Source: a virus
Virus record (IMG/VR): IMGVR_UViG_3300030098_006784
Location: 4,833-68,832 of that record
Length of the DNA: 64,000 nt
Reading direction: 5' to 3' (one strand)
In this document: in pieces, positions 18,212 to 27,953 of the stretch
Layout of the letters: each line of letters starts with the position of its first letter
How positions within the stretch are numbered: position 1 is the first letter of the stretch
The notes under the pieces: generated by a model
Database searches by the model: none
Told to the model about the DNA's origin: nothing
The model's input: the letters and a program-made list of their open reading frames with translations, nothing else
Position numbers and translations under genes: made by a program

Positions 18212-19042
18212 CTACTGGTCGGCGAGCCAGGCGCGTACGGAGTCGTGGTTGATCGCCAGCCGCGCCATGTAGACCTCACCCGCGGCTGAGATGCGGCTCG
18301 TCCAGGTCGTCGAGACGCGCTGCTTCCAGTCGTGAGCGTTGGTCGAACGGATCGGGCCCAGACCGCCGAAGCCCACCCCGTTCAAGCCTGAGCCGGAAGT
18401 GTTGCTCTCCAGCGTCAGGATCTTGTCGGTCTCTTCGTCGTAGTCGAGAATCAGCCATGAGTGACCCTTGGGGAAGACCGTGAAGGTCTGCAGCAAGTAG
18501 ACCCCGTCCTTGGGTACCGCTCCTTCGGGCATCATCTCCCCGACTCCCCACTCAACGGTCACGCCAGGTCCATAGCCCTTGGGGTCTCCACCCGCAGGCA
18601 CCTGCCAGCGCGACCACTGGTCACCGCTGAAGGTTGTGTCGAACCCGCAGCCCAGGAAGTAGGCGCTGAACAGCGAACAGTTGGTCCGCTCTTCACCCAC
18701 GTAGCTGCCGGAAAGATTGACCCCCTTGGGCAGCTTGGGAACTTGGCCGGGCATGTTGTAGGTCGCCTGCATCGCAGGACCGAGAAGCGGGTTGAAGGTA
18801 CTCCAGGGCTCCTCGTCGGTGTACGTGTTCTCTTCCGGCGGTTGGAGTAGCGCAGCCCAGGTCTTCTCTCCGACGATACCGTCCGGCGACAACCCGTTGT
18901 CTCGCTGAAACGCCTTTACGGCGCTCGTCGTCTGGTCTCCGAAGATTCCGTCTGGCGCGCAAGGATACTTCTTGAGGTCGAGGATGCCTTGGCAGTCCAA
19001 GACAGGACGGCCCGTAGAACCCTTTTGGATGGTCGTCGGCAT
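18212..19042 (-). CDS. Endolysin: peptidoglycan-binding domain plus NlpC/P60/CHAP-like catalytic domain
   Basis: DGIFGDQT..AVKAFQ..GL..DGIVG..TW; NCS...HSW...ESN. Confidence 0.8.
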   Translation of the reverse strand: MPTTIQKGSTGRPVLDCQGILDLKKYPCAPDGIFGDQTTSAVKAFQRDNGLSPDGIVGEKTWAALLQPPEENTYTDEEPWSTFNPLLGPAMQATYNMPGQVPKLPKGVNLSGSYVGEERTNCSLFSAYFLGCGFDTTFSGDQWSRWQVPAGGDPKGYGPGVTVEWGVGEMMPEGAVPKDGVYLLQTFTVFPKGHSWLILDYDEETDKILTLESNTSGSGLNGVGFGGLGPIRSTNAHDWKQRVSTTWTSRISAAGEVYMARLAINHDSVRAWLADQ

Positions 19043-19074
19043 CTTACCTCCGTCTGCGACGTACGACTCAATCG

Positions 19075-19452
19075 TTACTTCAGATCGATGTCGAGCTCTC
19101 GGGCGATCACGTCGAGCTTATGACCCAGCTCGGCCAACTCCGTCACCAGGCGCTGTTCCTGAGCCAGGAGTTCAAGCTGACGGTCTTTCGCCAGGTCTTC
19201 GCGAAGGCGTGCCTCGAGATCTTCGAGGTCCTGCTGCTTCACCACATCGCCGTTGCCCATCATCATTGCGCTGGTGATGGTGCCTCCGCCGCCGCTGAAC
19301 AGCAGCAGCAAACCGCCGACGCCACCAATCTGCCCAAGAGTCAGGTTCGACAAGAAAGTACCTCGGGACTTTGCCGCAGGAGTATCGATGGCAACGAGAG
19401 GTCCGGTGACCGACGCAGGATCTTCAGTGTTTTCAACCGGTGCAGGGGTCAT
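19075..19452 (-). CDS. Membrane protein with coiled coil (holin or lysis accessory candidate)
   Basis: One hydrophobic segment; directly upstream of the endolysin. Confidence 0.55.
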   Translation of the reverse strand: MTPAPVENTEDPASVTGPLVAIDTPAAKSRGTFLSNLTLGQIGGVGGLLLLFSGGGGTITSAMMMGNGDVVKQQDLEDLEARLREDLAKDRQLELLAQEQRLVTELAELGHKLDVIARELDIDLK

Positions 19453-19492
19453 CGTCGCTCCAGCAACAGAAGGGTGGGGCTAAGAGAAGTCA

Positions 19493-20509
19493 TCAGTCCT
19501 GCCCGTGGTGCGCGAGCAGCTGATACTGTACCTTCAACCCGGTCAAAGTCTGGGTATCGGTCGTGTTCTGGTTGCCGAAGCCCACCATGAGGTGCTGGGT
19601 ATCGGACGTCATGGCATTGCCCGGATCGACGGAGCGGTTTTGGCCGCCGCGATCCGTCCGGTCACTGTTGGCGTTCTGACCGACGGAGCCGTCCTGCCGG
19701 TCACTGCGGTAGCAGATCACGCCGCCGAGGTAGCGGGCGTCGGTGATGGACTGGTTGGTGTTCGGCAGGGTGCCATAGTCGTGCCCACCCACATACGCCG
19801 AGGAGTCCAGTTGCGAAGACAGGTAGACACCTTTGTCGGCGGCAGGAGAGGCATCGTTGCCCATGCCCAAGTACAGCTCCCAGGTGCCTGTCAACGTGTT
19901 TCCCCAAACAGCGCGGATGGCCACCGCGTAATGCTTGGTGCGATCAAAGTCGGACAACTGAATCGTGAAGAACAAACCGTCGGGCGTGCCGTTGCCGATG
20001 CGTCCATGGTTGCTGCCGTTCAGCACGATGGTGGACTCGACGGCCAGTGTCGAACCGGAAGCGGTGTAGAGGCTGTTGCCGTCCGTTTTGGTAGCCGCGC
20101 TCAGATCAACGTCAGTCCAGGCCGACGACGCCGCAGCATGGATACGCACGATGGAGCGGGAGACCGATGTCTTCGAGCCCAACGTCGCGGTGAGCTCCGC
20201 AACGTAGACGTAGCCCGCGGCGACAGGCGTGAAGGTAGGCGATACAGCAGCTGCGTCAGACAGCAGCGACGTCTTATCACTGGACCCGCTGTTGGTGTAC
20301 TCCGTCAGCGTCCAGTTCAGGCCCGCGTAGTTGCTGCTGCCCGAACCGTTCAGCGTGACCGCTCCGGTGCCGCTTTGGTTCTGGTCACTACCCGCGTTGG
20401 CGATGGGAAGGTTGTCCGCCGGCTGGTCGGGAACGGAACGAGACACACTGGCGGGAACACCAGAAGGAACAGAGCGCGTCGGATGCGGCTCAGGACGAAG
20501 ACGTGCCAT
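19493..20509 (-). CDS. Virion fibre/decoration protein with PKD/Ig-like domain
   Basis: PIANAGSDQ..VTLNGSGS..W..PTFTP..Y.AELT; beta-rich C-terminus. Confidence 0.7.
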   Translation of the reverse strand: MARLRPEPHPTRSVPSGVPASVSRSVPDQPADNLPIANAGSDQNQSGTGAVTLNGSGSSNYAGLNWTLTEYTNSGSSDKTSLLSDAAAVSPTFTPVAAGYVYVAELTATLGSKTSVSRSIVRIHAAASSAWTDVDLSAATKTDGNSLYTASGSTLAVESTIVLNGSNHGRIGNGTPDGLFFTIQLSDFDRTKHYAVAIRAVWGNTLTGTWELYLGMGNDASPAADKGVYLSSQLDSSAYVGGHDYGTLPNTNQSITDARYLGGVICYRSDRQDGSVGQNANSDRTDRGGQNRSVDPGNAMTSDTQHLMVGFGNQNTTDTQTLTGLKVQYQLLAHHGQD

Positions 20510-20518
20510 CGAGACCTC

Positions 20519-20920
20519 CTACTGCAGATCAGCAGGCGCCGTGTCGACCGCGGGCTCAACCTCGACTTGAATCGAAACGTTGCCGTTGGACGCCGGGGTC
20601 ACCTCGACCAGGAGAGTGCCGCCGTACTTGGTCGTTGGCACCGCGATCTCGTAGTATTTGTCCTCCTCGCTGCTCATCGCTCGAGCAGCGATAGAGGTGT
20701 AGGACAGAACTTCGCGGAGGTTGCCGGCAGCGGCTCCAGTCGACTCGAGAACACGAACGGTCGAGAGGTTGATCGCCGTGTCCATGCGGGCCTTGATGTA
20801 GGTGATGAACCCGCGCTTCGGCATTCCAGCCAACGAGATCTCCGTCCCGCTGGTGGTGACCGCCTGAGCAGACGCTTCTTTTCGAATACGGGACCGAACC
20901 CGATTGACCTTGTGAGCCAC
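20519..20920 (-). CDS. Small beta-rich virion protein
   Basis: GTG 20920 with SD GGAGGT. Confidence 0.6.
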   Translation of the reverse strand: MAHKVNRVRSRIRKEASAQAVTTSGTEISLAGMPKRGFITYIKARMDTAINLSTVRVLESTGAAAGNLREVLSYTSIAARAMSSEEDKYYEIAVPTTKYGGTLLVEVTPASNGNVSIQVEVEPAVDTAPADLQ

Positions 20921-20997
20921 GTACACCTCCGCGCTGGGACCGGGCTACCGCGCCAGGACCATTGCGCCGCCAGAGTATCACGCAATGTCTCTTTATG

Positions 20998-23055
20998 TCA
21001 CGAGCTGTGGCGGATGTCCTCCGCAGCTTCATCGACAGCTTCTCGAGAAAGTCCGAGACAGAAAGCCCGCGCCCCTCCGGCCAGGTCGACTGCATACCTA
21101 CGACCATTGTTGACCAACCACCCGCGTTCTCGCCAGCGGTCGACGATCTCTGCGTAGGTGTACCCGAGGCGAGTAAGGCGGCCTTCGAGCTCCGTCGCCT
21201 CGACCCACAGGATGCCCCAATTTTCTTGCGCAGCCCAGGCACCGAAGAAGGTGGTCGGGCGCTCGGGGTCGTGCCGACCGAAGAAGCGGTGGCTGTTCGC
21301 TGCTGCCCAGGAGACGACATCAACCAGCGCACCGAGCGGAACATCTGCGCTCCACTCAGCGGCGCTCATCGCCTCGAGCATCATGTCCATCGGCTGGACA
21401 CCCTTCGGCTTCGGCAGTCCCAGTTGATGCACCAGGTCAGCCGTCAACGCCAGCACCGCAAGGTTGGTGCCGTGTCGACGAGAAACCGGACCACCTGCTG
21501 CGGCGATGTAGCGGTCGCGATGCTCGGAGAAGCTACGTCTGAGCGCGGACCAATGCGGCTGCAAATGCGTAAGATACTTAATGAGTCGTGGACCCAGATG
21601 CCCATGATGTCCCATCAAGGTGCGCGTCAGCTCCTCAGCGATTGCGCCGCCACTTGAGCCGAGCGGACGACCCCCCAGCGACAGCACGCGAGCTCGCGTA
21701 CCTGCGTTCTTGTTGCCCGCAGTCAGAGGACCCTCGCCGCTACTGATGAGTACGCTACGCCAACTGCTGGTGTGGTCGATGCCGCTGATGTTGCCTCGGC
21801 CTCGACCCTGACCGTTCGCGAACTCGTAGATGACTTCGCTGATCATGTCGGCGCTGTTGCGCTTCGTCTCGTCCAAGATGAGCGGCAACGAGTGCAAGTA
21901 GCCGGTAGCGCGTTCAATCCAGACTTTGGTGGCGTCCCAGGTGTAAAGGGCTGTCGGGCTGGTGTCGGAGGGACGACCCCAACAGGACGCAGCCAAACGA
22001 AGAGCTGTCGTCTTTCCGCTGCTGGTCTCGCCGTGGATGTCGACGATGAAAGAGTTGCAGCCGAGAATCTCGAGCAGCGGCGGTGCGCAGCTGGCGTAAA
22101 CCGCCAACGCCATCGTCGGAAACTCCATCGCTTCTGCGGCGATGCCCAGCCACTGAGACCAGGAGCCCTTCGGCATCCAGCCCTCACTGACAGCGGACAG
22201 CGCAGGCGGAGCCGACAAGACAAAGTCGGCGCCGTCTGCTTCGGTGCAGTGGATGTAGCCGCTGGGCAGCATGAAGCCGGCGATGGTGTCGGCGTCGCCC
22301 TGCCAACCCAGGTGGCTCGACGTGAACGTGATCGGCAGCGAAGCTGCGTTGCGGTCCTCGAAGGCTGCCAGGTAGGTGACCATGCCGCGGGCGTTGGTCG
22401 AGTTGACCGGGAAGCCCCAGTTGATGAGCTCCATCATCTTGCGGCTGTCGAACAACGTACGACGATCGACGCTCTTCGACTGCCACCCGTCAGGACTGAA
22501 CCACATGATTTGACGGCCTTCGGCGTCGCCTGTGCGTCCTACGGTTCTCCCGGAGATGATGACCGGCGAGGCGCTGACACGCGTACCAGGACCTCCATCC
22601 TGTGACGAGCGCCAGATGCCACTCTCGTCGACGACGTACCCCATGGGCACGTAGATCTCTCGTTGCTGCTGAGCGTCGAGCAGATCCGTCGGAATGCTGG
22701 TGAAGGAGTCGCTGAGACGGACTGCCGTGTCCGCTTGCAGGTTTTGAGCTTCTTCCCAGGACGCCTTCGACATCGTCTTGATGAGCTGCGTCGCTCGAGC
22801 GGAGCAGCCGGGCAAGTTGCCGATGATGAGCGACAACTGACGACACGTCTCTTGATGCTCGTTGTACGCCGCGGCGAGATCGGGCAGCGTCTCTGCGGTA
22901 ACGAAACTATCCCAAAGAGCCGGGCGTTGAGGTCGTTTGGCCGCCCGCAACGCATCGAGATGGTTTGCAAGAAGGCGCAAACCAGGGTGATCGGGGAGCT
23001 CAAAGGGAGCGGTGCCTGACCCCGTTTCGGGGGGTTCTGGAGAGGTAGGATGCAA
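20998..23055 (-). CDS. DUF927 / Cch-like replicative helicase (no primase domain seen)
   Basis: SSHLGWQ, Walker A GETSSGKTT, Walker B LILDE, NGQGRGR, SSGE, TRAR, HHGHLG. Confidence 0.85.
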   Translation of the reverse strand: MHPTSPEPPETGSGTAPFELPDHPGLRLLANHLDALRAAKRPQRPALWDSFVTAETLPDLAAAYNEHQETCRQLSLIIGNLPGCSARATQLIKTMSKASWEEAQNLQADTAVRLSDSFTSIPTDLLDAQQQREIYVPMGYVVDESGIWRSSQDGGPGTRVSASPVIISGRTVGRTGDAEGRQIMWFSPDGWQSKSVDRRTLFDSRKMMELINWGFPVNSTNARGMVTYLAAFEDRNAASLPITFTSSHLGWQGDADTIAGFMLPSGYIHCTEADGADFVLSAPPALSAVSEGWMPKGSWSQWLGIAAEAMEFPTMALAVYASCAPPLLEILGCNSFIVDIHGETSSGKTTALRLAASCWGRPSDTSPTALYTWDATKVWIERATGYLHSLPLILDETKRNSADMISEVIYEFANGQGRGRGNISGIDHTSSWRSVLISSGEGPLTAGNKNAGTRARVLSLGGRPLGSSGGAIAEELTRTLMGHHGHLGPRLIKYLTHLQPHWSALRRSFSEHRDRYIAAAGGPVSRRHGTNLAVLALTADLVHQLGLPKPKGVQPMDMMLEAMSAAEWSADVPLGALVDVVSWAAANSHRFFGRHDPERPTTFFGAWAAQENWGILWVEATELEGRLTRLGYTYAEIVDRWRERGWLVNNGRRYAVDLAGGARAFCLGLSREAVDEAAEDIRHSS

Positions 23056-23147
23056 CGGCTACAGCAGCGAGGGGGAGGCGGTTGGCGGGGTTCCGCGAAA
23101 GTATCACGAGGAAACATTGCGGGGCTGTCATCAAATGTCAGTGTCGC

Positions 23148-24584
23148 TTATACATCAGCAAGCGTTCGTCCGACGTCAGCTTCGGCGCTGATTACTACAG
23201 GCCAGCCGGGAATCTTCAGAGTCATGCACTCTTCGAGTTTGAGGCGCTGACGTTCAAGCTCAGGCGGTAGGGGCTCGCCCTTCTTCGGTTTCCAGAACGG
23301 ATCGAACCCCTTCGGTAGCGGCACCTCGACGCAGATGCTGTCGTGGCACTGGTGAATCATGCCTGTGCCTGGACCGGCAAACTGATGCGGGAACGCGCGC
23401 ATGACACGCTCTTCTGCGATGCGCATGAGCGACGCCTCAGCAGCGAGAATGGGGTAGTTGACCACCTCCTGCTTCTTTCCGTCAGACAGAACACCGGACC
23501 GTCGCCCCATCACCGGCTCTTCGAGATAGCCCTGAGCATCGTAGAGGCGGACCATCGCAGCCCATGACTGACGCCAGTCGGGCTCCGAGGTGTGGAGAAC
23601 ACGGTTGAAGACGTTGACCTGGGCGGGCGTCATCTTGATGTAGGGCAGCGTGCCGTCAGCGTTCTCGGTGCTGGTGAGCACACCCCAGACAGTGGGTACC
23701 TCGGCCCAGTAGGCGCTGGCGTAGCGGAAAGTCTTCGTGATCTCACGCATCGAGCTGGCTGGACTGGTCTTGTCCTTCGGCTTGCCCTTGAGATTGAAGC
23801 CCTTCTCGCCCCAGCCCGCAGCGTTCTTGAAGCGGTCACCGAAGATGTCGAAAGCGAGCGTGCAGTGCGGGTCGAAGCCCTCGAGGAAGCAGGACAGCAG
23901 CCGCTTGACGCCCCAGTAGTTCGCGATGATGCGCAGGTGCGCCTGGTCCAGGTCAGCCCCGATGAGAATGTGACCCGGTCCTGCGGTGAAGATCTCCTTC
24001 GTAATCGAGAGTCCGCGGCGACTGCCTTGGTTCTGCAGATTAGGCTGACTGCATGAGAGTCGCCCCACAGCGGTGACGTGCGCGTTCCAGGTGGCGCGTA
24101 CCCGCCCATCGGCGTCGACCCAACCCTTCTCGCTGGTGGCTCGCGGAGCAAACCTCGCGAGTCCCCCGAGCACCTTGTTCTTTTCACGACGGTACAGACG
24201 CAGCTCGTACAGTGCCTGCCATCGGTTTTCATCCAGCTCACCGTGAGCGAGATGCCCGCGCAGCACCTTGTCCCCGGTCGAAGGGAGTCCCGTGTCCGTG
24301 TAGAAGTCTCGAGGTTCAAGGTGCTTCGGGATGCCGAGGCCCCACTCTTCGTAGAGCAGGTCCCGTACCTGAGCATCGCTGCCGGGGCTCATGTTGGGTT
24401 TGTCGAGCAAGCTCAGGATCTTAGTCCTGCGCTGTTCGACCGACTTCTCAAAGTGTGCTACAAGTTGTTTGCGCCGCACTTCATCGATCCAGAAGCCGTT
24501 GCGGTGCATGTTCACACACATCTGCTGCGTCCGATGGTCGATCTCGTAGAGCGTCGCGGGTGCCGGGGTACGGTTGTGTGTCAC
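23148..24584 (-). CDS. polA: Family-A DNA polymerase, polymerase domain
   Basis: TAVGRLSCSQPNLQN; motif A ADLDQAHLR; motif B REITKTFRY..AY; motif C QCHDS. Confidence 0.92.
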   Translation of the reverse strand: MTHNRTPAPATLYEIDHRTQQMCVNMHRNGFWIDEVRRKQLVAHFEKSVEQRRTKILSLLDKPNMSPGSDAQVRDLLYEEWGLGIPKHLEPRDFYTDTGLPSTGDKVLRGHLAHGELDENRWQALYELRLYRREKNKVLGGLARFAPRATSEKGWVDADGRVRATWNAHVTAVGRLSCSQPNLQNQGSRRGLSITKEIFTAGPGHILIGADLDQAHLRIIANYWGVKRLLSCFLEGFDPHCTLAFDIFGDRFKNAAGWGEKGFNLKGKPKDKTSPASSMREITKTFRYASAYWAEVPTVWGVLTSTENADGTLPYIKMTPAQVNVFNRVLHTSEPDWRQSWAAMVRLYDAQGYLEEPVMGRRSGVLSDGKKQEVVNYPILAAEASLMRIAEERVMRAFPHQFAGPGTGMIHQCHDSICVEVPLPKGFDPFWKPKKGEPLPPELERQRLKLEECMTLKIPGWPVVISAEADVGRTLADV

Positions 24585-24587
24585 CGA

Positions 24588-26039
24588 TCAGGCGTCCTCG
24601 TCGTAGGTTTCAGGGGCGGGACCGTTCTCCATGAGCTCGGTCACCCAGTCATCGAACCGGTTGAAGTACCCGTGCTCACGCGCCACAGCGATCAAGGGCT
24701 GAGCGATGCGTACGCCCACTTCGACGTCGACCAGGTTGTAGCGTAGCAAGTCGTCGGGGTCTTCCCCGTGGATGTGCTTCTCGCCCTTCTCGCTGGACTC
24801 CCAACGGTCCACATCGAGCAGCAGGTTCCCGATGTGCTTCAGTCCCTTCGGGAGCTCCGGGGCACGGCATCGTGTGAGGAACAGCGTGTCGATGCAGGGG
24901 TTGGGAGTAACGTCGAAGAAGTTCTCGATGACCATGCGGTCGAAGTAGCCGGCGTTGTGGCCCAGCTTGACGCATGACGTGTCGACGAAGAACTCTCGCA
25001 AGATGTCTTTGATCTCTTCCTCGTCCGCGGCGCTGTAGAACTTACCGTCGGGTAGTGGAGCGCCGACCTTCGCCCACAAGCTGATGCCGACCGTACGGCA
25101 CAGGATGTCGGGGACCTCTCCTGGTTCTGCCAAACGCCCATCCGCCATCATGTCGGGAGTGCTGATGGCGAGGCACTTCAGCTGGACGTACTCGACGCGG
25201 TCAAGCGTCGTCTCGACGTCGTACTCGTAGAGCGGAGCGCCGAGTTGCTTGCTCTCCTGGAGCCATTGGCGCAGCTCTTGAGGTGAGGGACGCCATGTCG
25301 CCTCGCCTGGGGTCCAGTTCAATCGGTCAGTGAACCAGCGCCACGCCTTGCCAAGCTGCCGTTGCAGCACATCCCTGAACGCAGGCGCACGCAGCACATA
25401 GGACGGATGCCAGGTGGGGAAGACTTTGACGAGTTCGCCCTCAAGCTCAATGTCGTCCAGCTGCTCGACTCGACCGCTGCCAACCTTGGCCCAGGTGAAG
25501 CTGTCGACCAGCAGCATGTCGCCTGCAAGCTTGCCCATGCTGCGGTTGTCTCGCGTCAGCGCTTGGGCTGCTGTCTTGCCGAGGGTGATGATGTTCCGGT
25601 AGCAGCGCGCATACGTCTCGAGATGCGGACGGCAGCACTCCTGCGGATGAGGCAGGGGTTTCTTCCCTTTCTGCAGCCGGTTCTTGTTGAGAAGATCGAG
25701 GCGCTTGTTCATGCGCTGCCAAGCTCCACCGGGTCGACCGGGAGGTTTGCAGCAGATGACATTCATCAAGTCGATGTGGGGGCGCTTCAACCCCACAGCA
25801 GCGAGCGTACGTGCCCACTCGTTACCCGAGGGACCGACCAGCGGACGTCCGTACTCAACCTCATGGTTGTTCGGAGACTCCGCGACGGCGAGTACGCCTG
25901 AACCTTCATGCAGTTCGGGGCTCACCGGCTCGTACGGCTCAGGCTCAGGGTTGAGCTTTGTCGGCTTTCGGAGCTCGCCGTTCTCGCGCAGGGGACACTT
26001 GTCGCATCGCGCGCCAAACTTGGTGGGATCGTAGCTCAT
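24588..26039 (-). CDS. Family-4 UDG-like domain fused to 3'-5' exonuclease (N-terminal half of an SPO1-type polymerase)
   Basis: CDKCPL, AESP..E..GRPLVGPSG, NVICCKP, CRPHL, TLGKTA, PTWHPSYVLR; Exo I YDVET, Exo II HNAGYFD, Exo III YNLVD. Confidence 0.88.
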   Translation of the reverse strand: MSYDPTKFGARCDKCPLRENGELRKPTKLNPEPEPYEPVSPELHEGSGVLAVAESPNNHEVEYGRPLVGPSGNEWARTLAAVGLKRPHIDLMNVICCKPPGRPGGAWQRMNKRLDLLNKNRLQKGKKPLPHPQECCRPHLETYARCYRNIITLGKTAAQALTRDNRSMGKLAGDMLLVDSFTWAKVGSGRVEQLDDIELEGELVKVFPTWHPSYVLRAPAFRDVLQRQLGKAWRWFTDRLNWTPGEATWRPSPQELRQWLQESKQLGAPLYEYDVETTLDRVEYVQLKCLAISTPDMMADGRLAEPGEVPDILCRTVGISLWAKVGAPLPDGKFYSAADEEEIKDILREFFVDTSCVKLGHNAGYFDRMVIENFFDVTPNPCIDTLFLTRCRAPELPKGLKHIGNLLLDVDRWESSEKGEKHIHGEDPDDLLRYNLVDVEVGVRIAQPLIAVAREHGYFNRFDDWVTELMENGPAPETYDEDA

Positions 26040-26052
26040 GGGCACCAGAAGG

Positions 26053-26085
26053 AAGAGCCCCGGCAGATCGTCTACCGGGGCTCTT
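26053..26085 (-). terminator. Hairpin after the SSB gene
   Basis: AAGAGCCCCGG...CCGGGGCTCTT 11-bp stem followed by pyrimidines. Confidence 0.6.
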
Positions 26086-26106
26086 TGTTGGCAGGAAGCC
26101 TCGCCT

Positions 26107-26715
26107 CTACATCGGAGGAGGAGGCGGCAGCTCGGAAGGCCCGGAGGTGGCATTCACAGGCGCGGGGGCCGGAGCCGGCGCGGCAGCCGGAGCCGGAGCC
26201 GTCACGGTAGCACTGCCGCCGGGGGCGTTGGTGACCCGAATGGCCGCCTTGGCCGCGGGCTTGCGACCTTCCGCCTTGTTCTTGTCGTAGGTGCTCTTGG
26301 TCAAGAACGCCGCAACGTCGCCGTACTGACCGCCCGTGGTCGCCTTGTCGTGCCACTCGACGTAGACGGTCTTGCCCATCAGCCAGTGACCGTGGAAGCC
26401 ATCCTTCCACTGCTCGTTGCTGAAGCCAGCGGACAGGATGACGGACTTGATGCTGCCCGTGCGGCCCTTGACCTGGTTGTCCTTCAGGCCAGCGAACTGG
26501 TTGCCCTGGTCGTCGTGAGCGACGTTGATGAAGTGGTTCGTAGTGAACCCGGTTTCGAAGGAGAGCTCCAGCTGGAAGCTGCCCTTCTTGCCGCCCTTGG
26601 TCCAGGGCTTGATGTTCTGAATGACCGCGCTGTAGTAGTCGGTCGCGGGGGCGCCAGCGCCGTAGGCGCTGACCTTGGTGAGCGTGTCACCAGGAATGAC
26701 GAAGTAGGAAGACAT
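26107..26715 (-). CDS. Probable single-stranded DNA-binding protein
   Basis: Position between AAA and polymerase genes; OB-like pattern (LMGKTVYVE); Pro/Ala tail; strong codon bias. Confidence 0.55.
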   Translation of the reverse strand: MSSYFVIPGDTLTKVSAYGAGAPATDYYSAVIQNIKPWTKGGKKGSFQLELSFETGFTTNHFINVAHDDQGNQFAGLKDNQVKGRTGSIKSVILSAGFSNEQWKDGFHGHWLMGKTVYVEWHDKATTGGQYGDVAAFLTKSTYDKNKAEGRKPAAKAAIRVTNAPGGSATVTAPAPAAAPAPAPAPVNATSGPSELPPPPPM

Positions 26716-26834
26716 GTTTGCCTTTAGGTTGGTTGTTGTCACGCGTGACCCGTCTGGGTGTACCAGGCGGAGAAGACGGGTAAGGTGCGGCGCCGCGGAC
26801 CCCATTGACAAAAAGTCCGTACAGCGCCGTTACC

Positions 26835-27830
26835 CTACCCAGAAGGGGGCGCGTCGGGCGGAGGTGGCGGAGCGCCACCCTTCGCCGTAGGCGCAGAAAA
26901 GTCGAAGAGGTTGTTGGCGTCTCGCCGGAAGTGTGCTCGAGCCACGCCGTCTTGAACAGCCCAACGCAGGTGCAGGGGGTTCAGCTTGCTGTAGTGGCCC
27001 GACAGCTTCTTCGCGACGTCCTGCACTCGTTGGCGGCTCATGTCGTCCATGAGTGCTTCCGCAACCGTGTCGGCGACGTCGTCTTGCCACTCGAAGCCTT
27101 GGAGTCGGCGCAGAACATATGGGGTCGCGCTGGCTCGAAGAGCCTCACGGATGCTCGCCGGAGTCCGTCGAGTGAAGGTGCTGATGCGGCTGCCGGTAAT
27201 CCACGCCTTGTCGTCCGGCTCAGCGTAGAACGTGACGCGCGGAGTCCACGGGTCTTCGTAGCTGTTGTCCAGAACTGCGCGGATGTTGACGTCGCACCAC
27301 GCCGGAAGGTCCTCAACGAGGCGCGCCATCGGAATCTCCGGCCCGCCAATCGTGAGCAGCTCGCGCGTATCTTCGTCGAACTTGGGCTTGCGTTCATGCG
27401 CACTGACCGCCAGCTTGCAGCCGCTGTGACGCATGAGATCCGCGAGCTCCGTCAGCCGGTCCTCGAGGTTCTTGTACGGGTAGAACCCGTCGGCCTTGCC
27501 CGTCTTCTTGCTGCGCGGCGCTTGCTTGCGCCAGTTGACCATGCTGGTCTTGCACAGCAAGCTGATGTCGTCGACGATGACTTCACCGTAGCTGGCGAGG
27601 TGCTGCTCATGCGAGCGCAGAACGCGCAAGAGCTGGTCCAGGTCCCGCGGCTCCTCGGGCAACATCCGCGGGCTGAAGCCCAGCTGGTCGTTGCCGATGG
27701 CGAGCAGGTTGTCGCGCACACCGATGCACAACGCGTTCGGGAAGGCAGCCAGGAGGCTGCTGGTCTTGCGTCGCTTCGGCTCTCCGTAAAGAAGAAGCAG
27801 CAGATTTGGGGTAGGGGCAGGGGTGCTCAT
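26835..27830 (-). CDS. Sak4/AAA_24-like nucleotide-binding recombination protein
   Basis: LLYGEPKRRKTS, VIVDDIS, SAHE, WCD. Confidence 0.7.
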   Translation of the reverse strand: MSTPAPTPNLLLLLYGEPKRRKTSSLLAAFPNALCIGVRDNLLAIGNDQLGFSPRMLPEEPRDLDQLLRVLRSHEQHLASYGEVIVDDISLLCKTSMVNWRKQAPRSKKTGKADGFYPYKNLEDRLTELADLMRHSGCKLAVSAHERKPKFDEDTRELLTIGGPEIPMARLVEDLPAWCDVNIRAVLDNSYEDPWTPRVTFYAEPDDKAWITGSRISTFTRRTPASIREALRASATPYVLRRLQGFEWQDDVADTVAEALMDDMSRQRVQDVAKKLSGHYSKLNPLHLRWAVQDGVARAHFRRDANNLFDFSAPTAKGGAPPPPPDAPPSG

Positions 27831-27953
27831 AAGTCCTGTTGGGTGGGAGGCGGGGCGCCTCAACCTTGCTGATGTAGCAACAGATGGTAGGGCAGGTCAA
27901 GGGATCGACCCGGTCATCTTTTGTCACCGGTCCATCAAAGAATGTCGGCCTGG

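Noticed and set aside
24588-24590. Genome-wide TGA recoding (code 4 or 25)
   Set aside because: TGA ends many genes with ATGA/GTGA coupling (e.g. 8933, 10364, 11844, 16140, 50850); only this one in-frame case was seen
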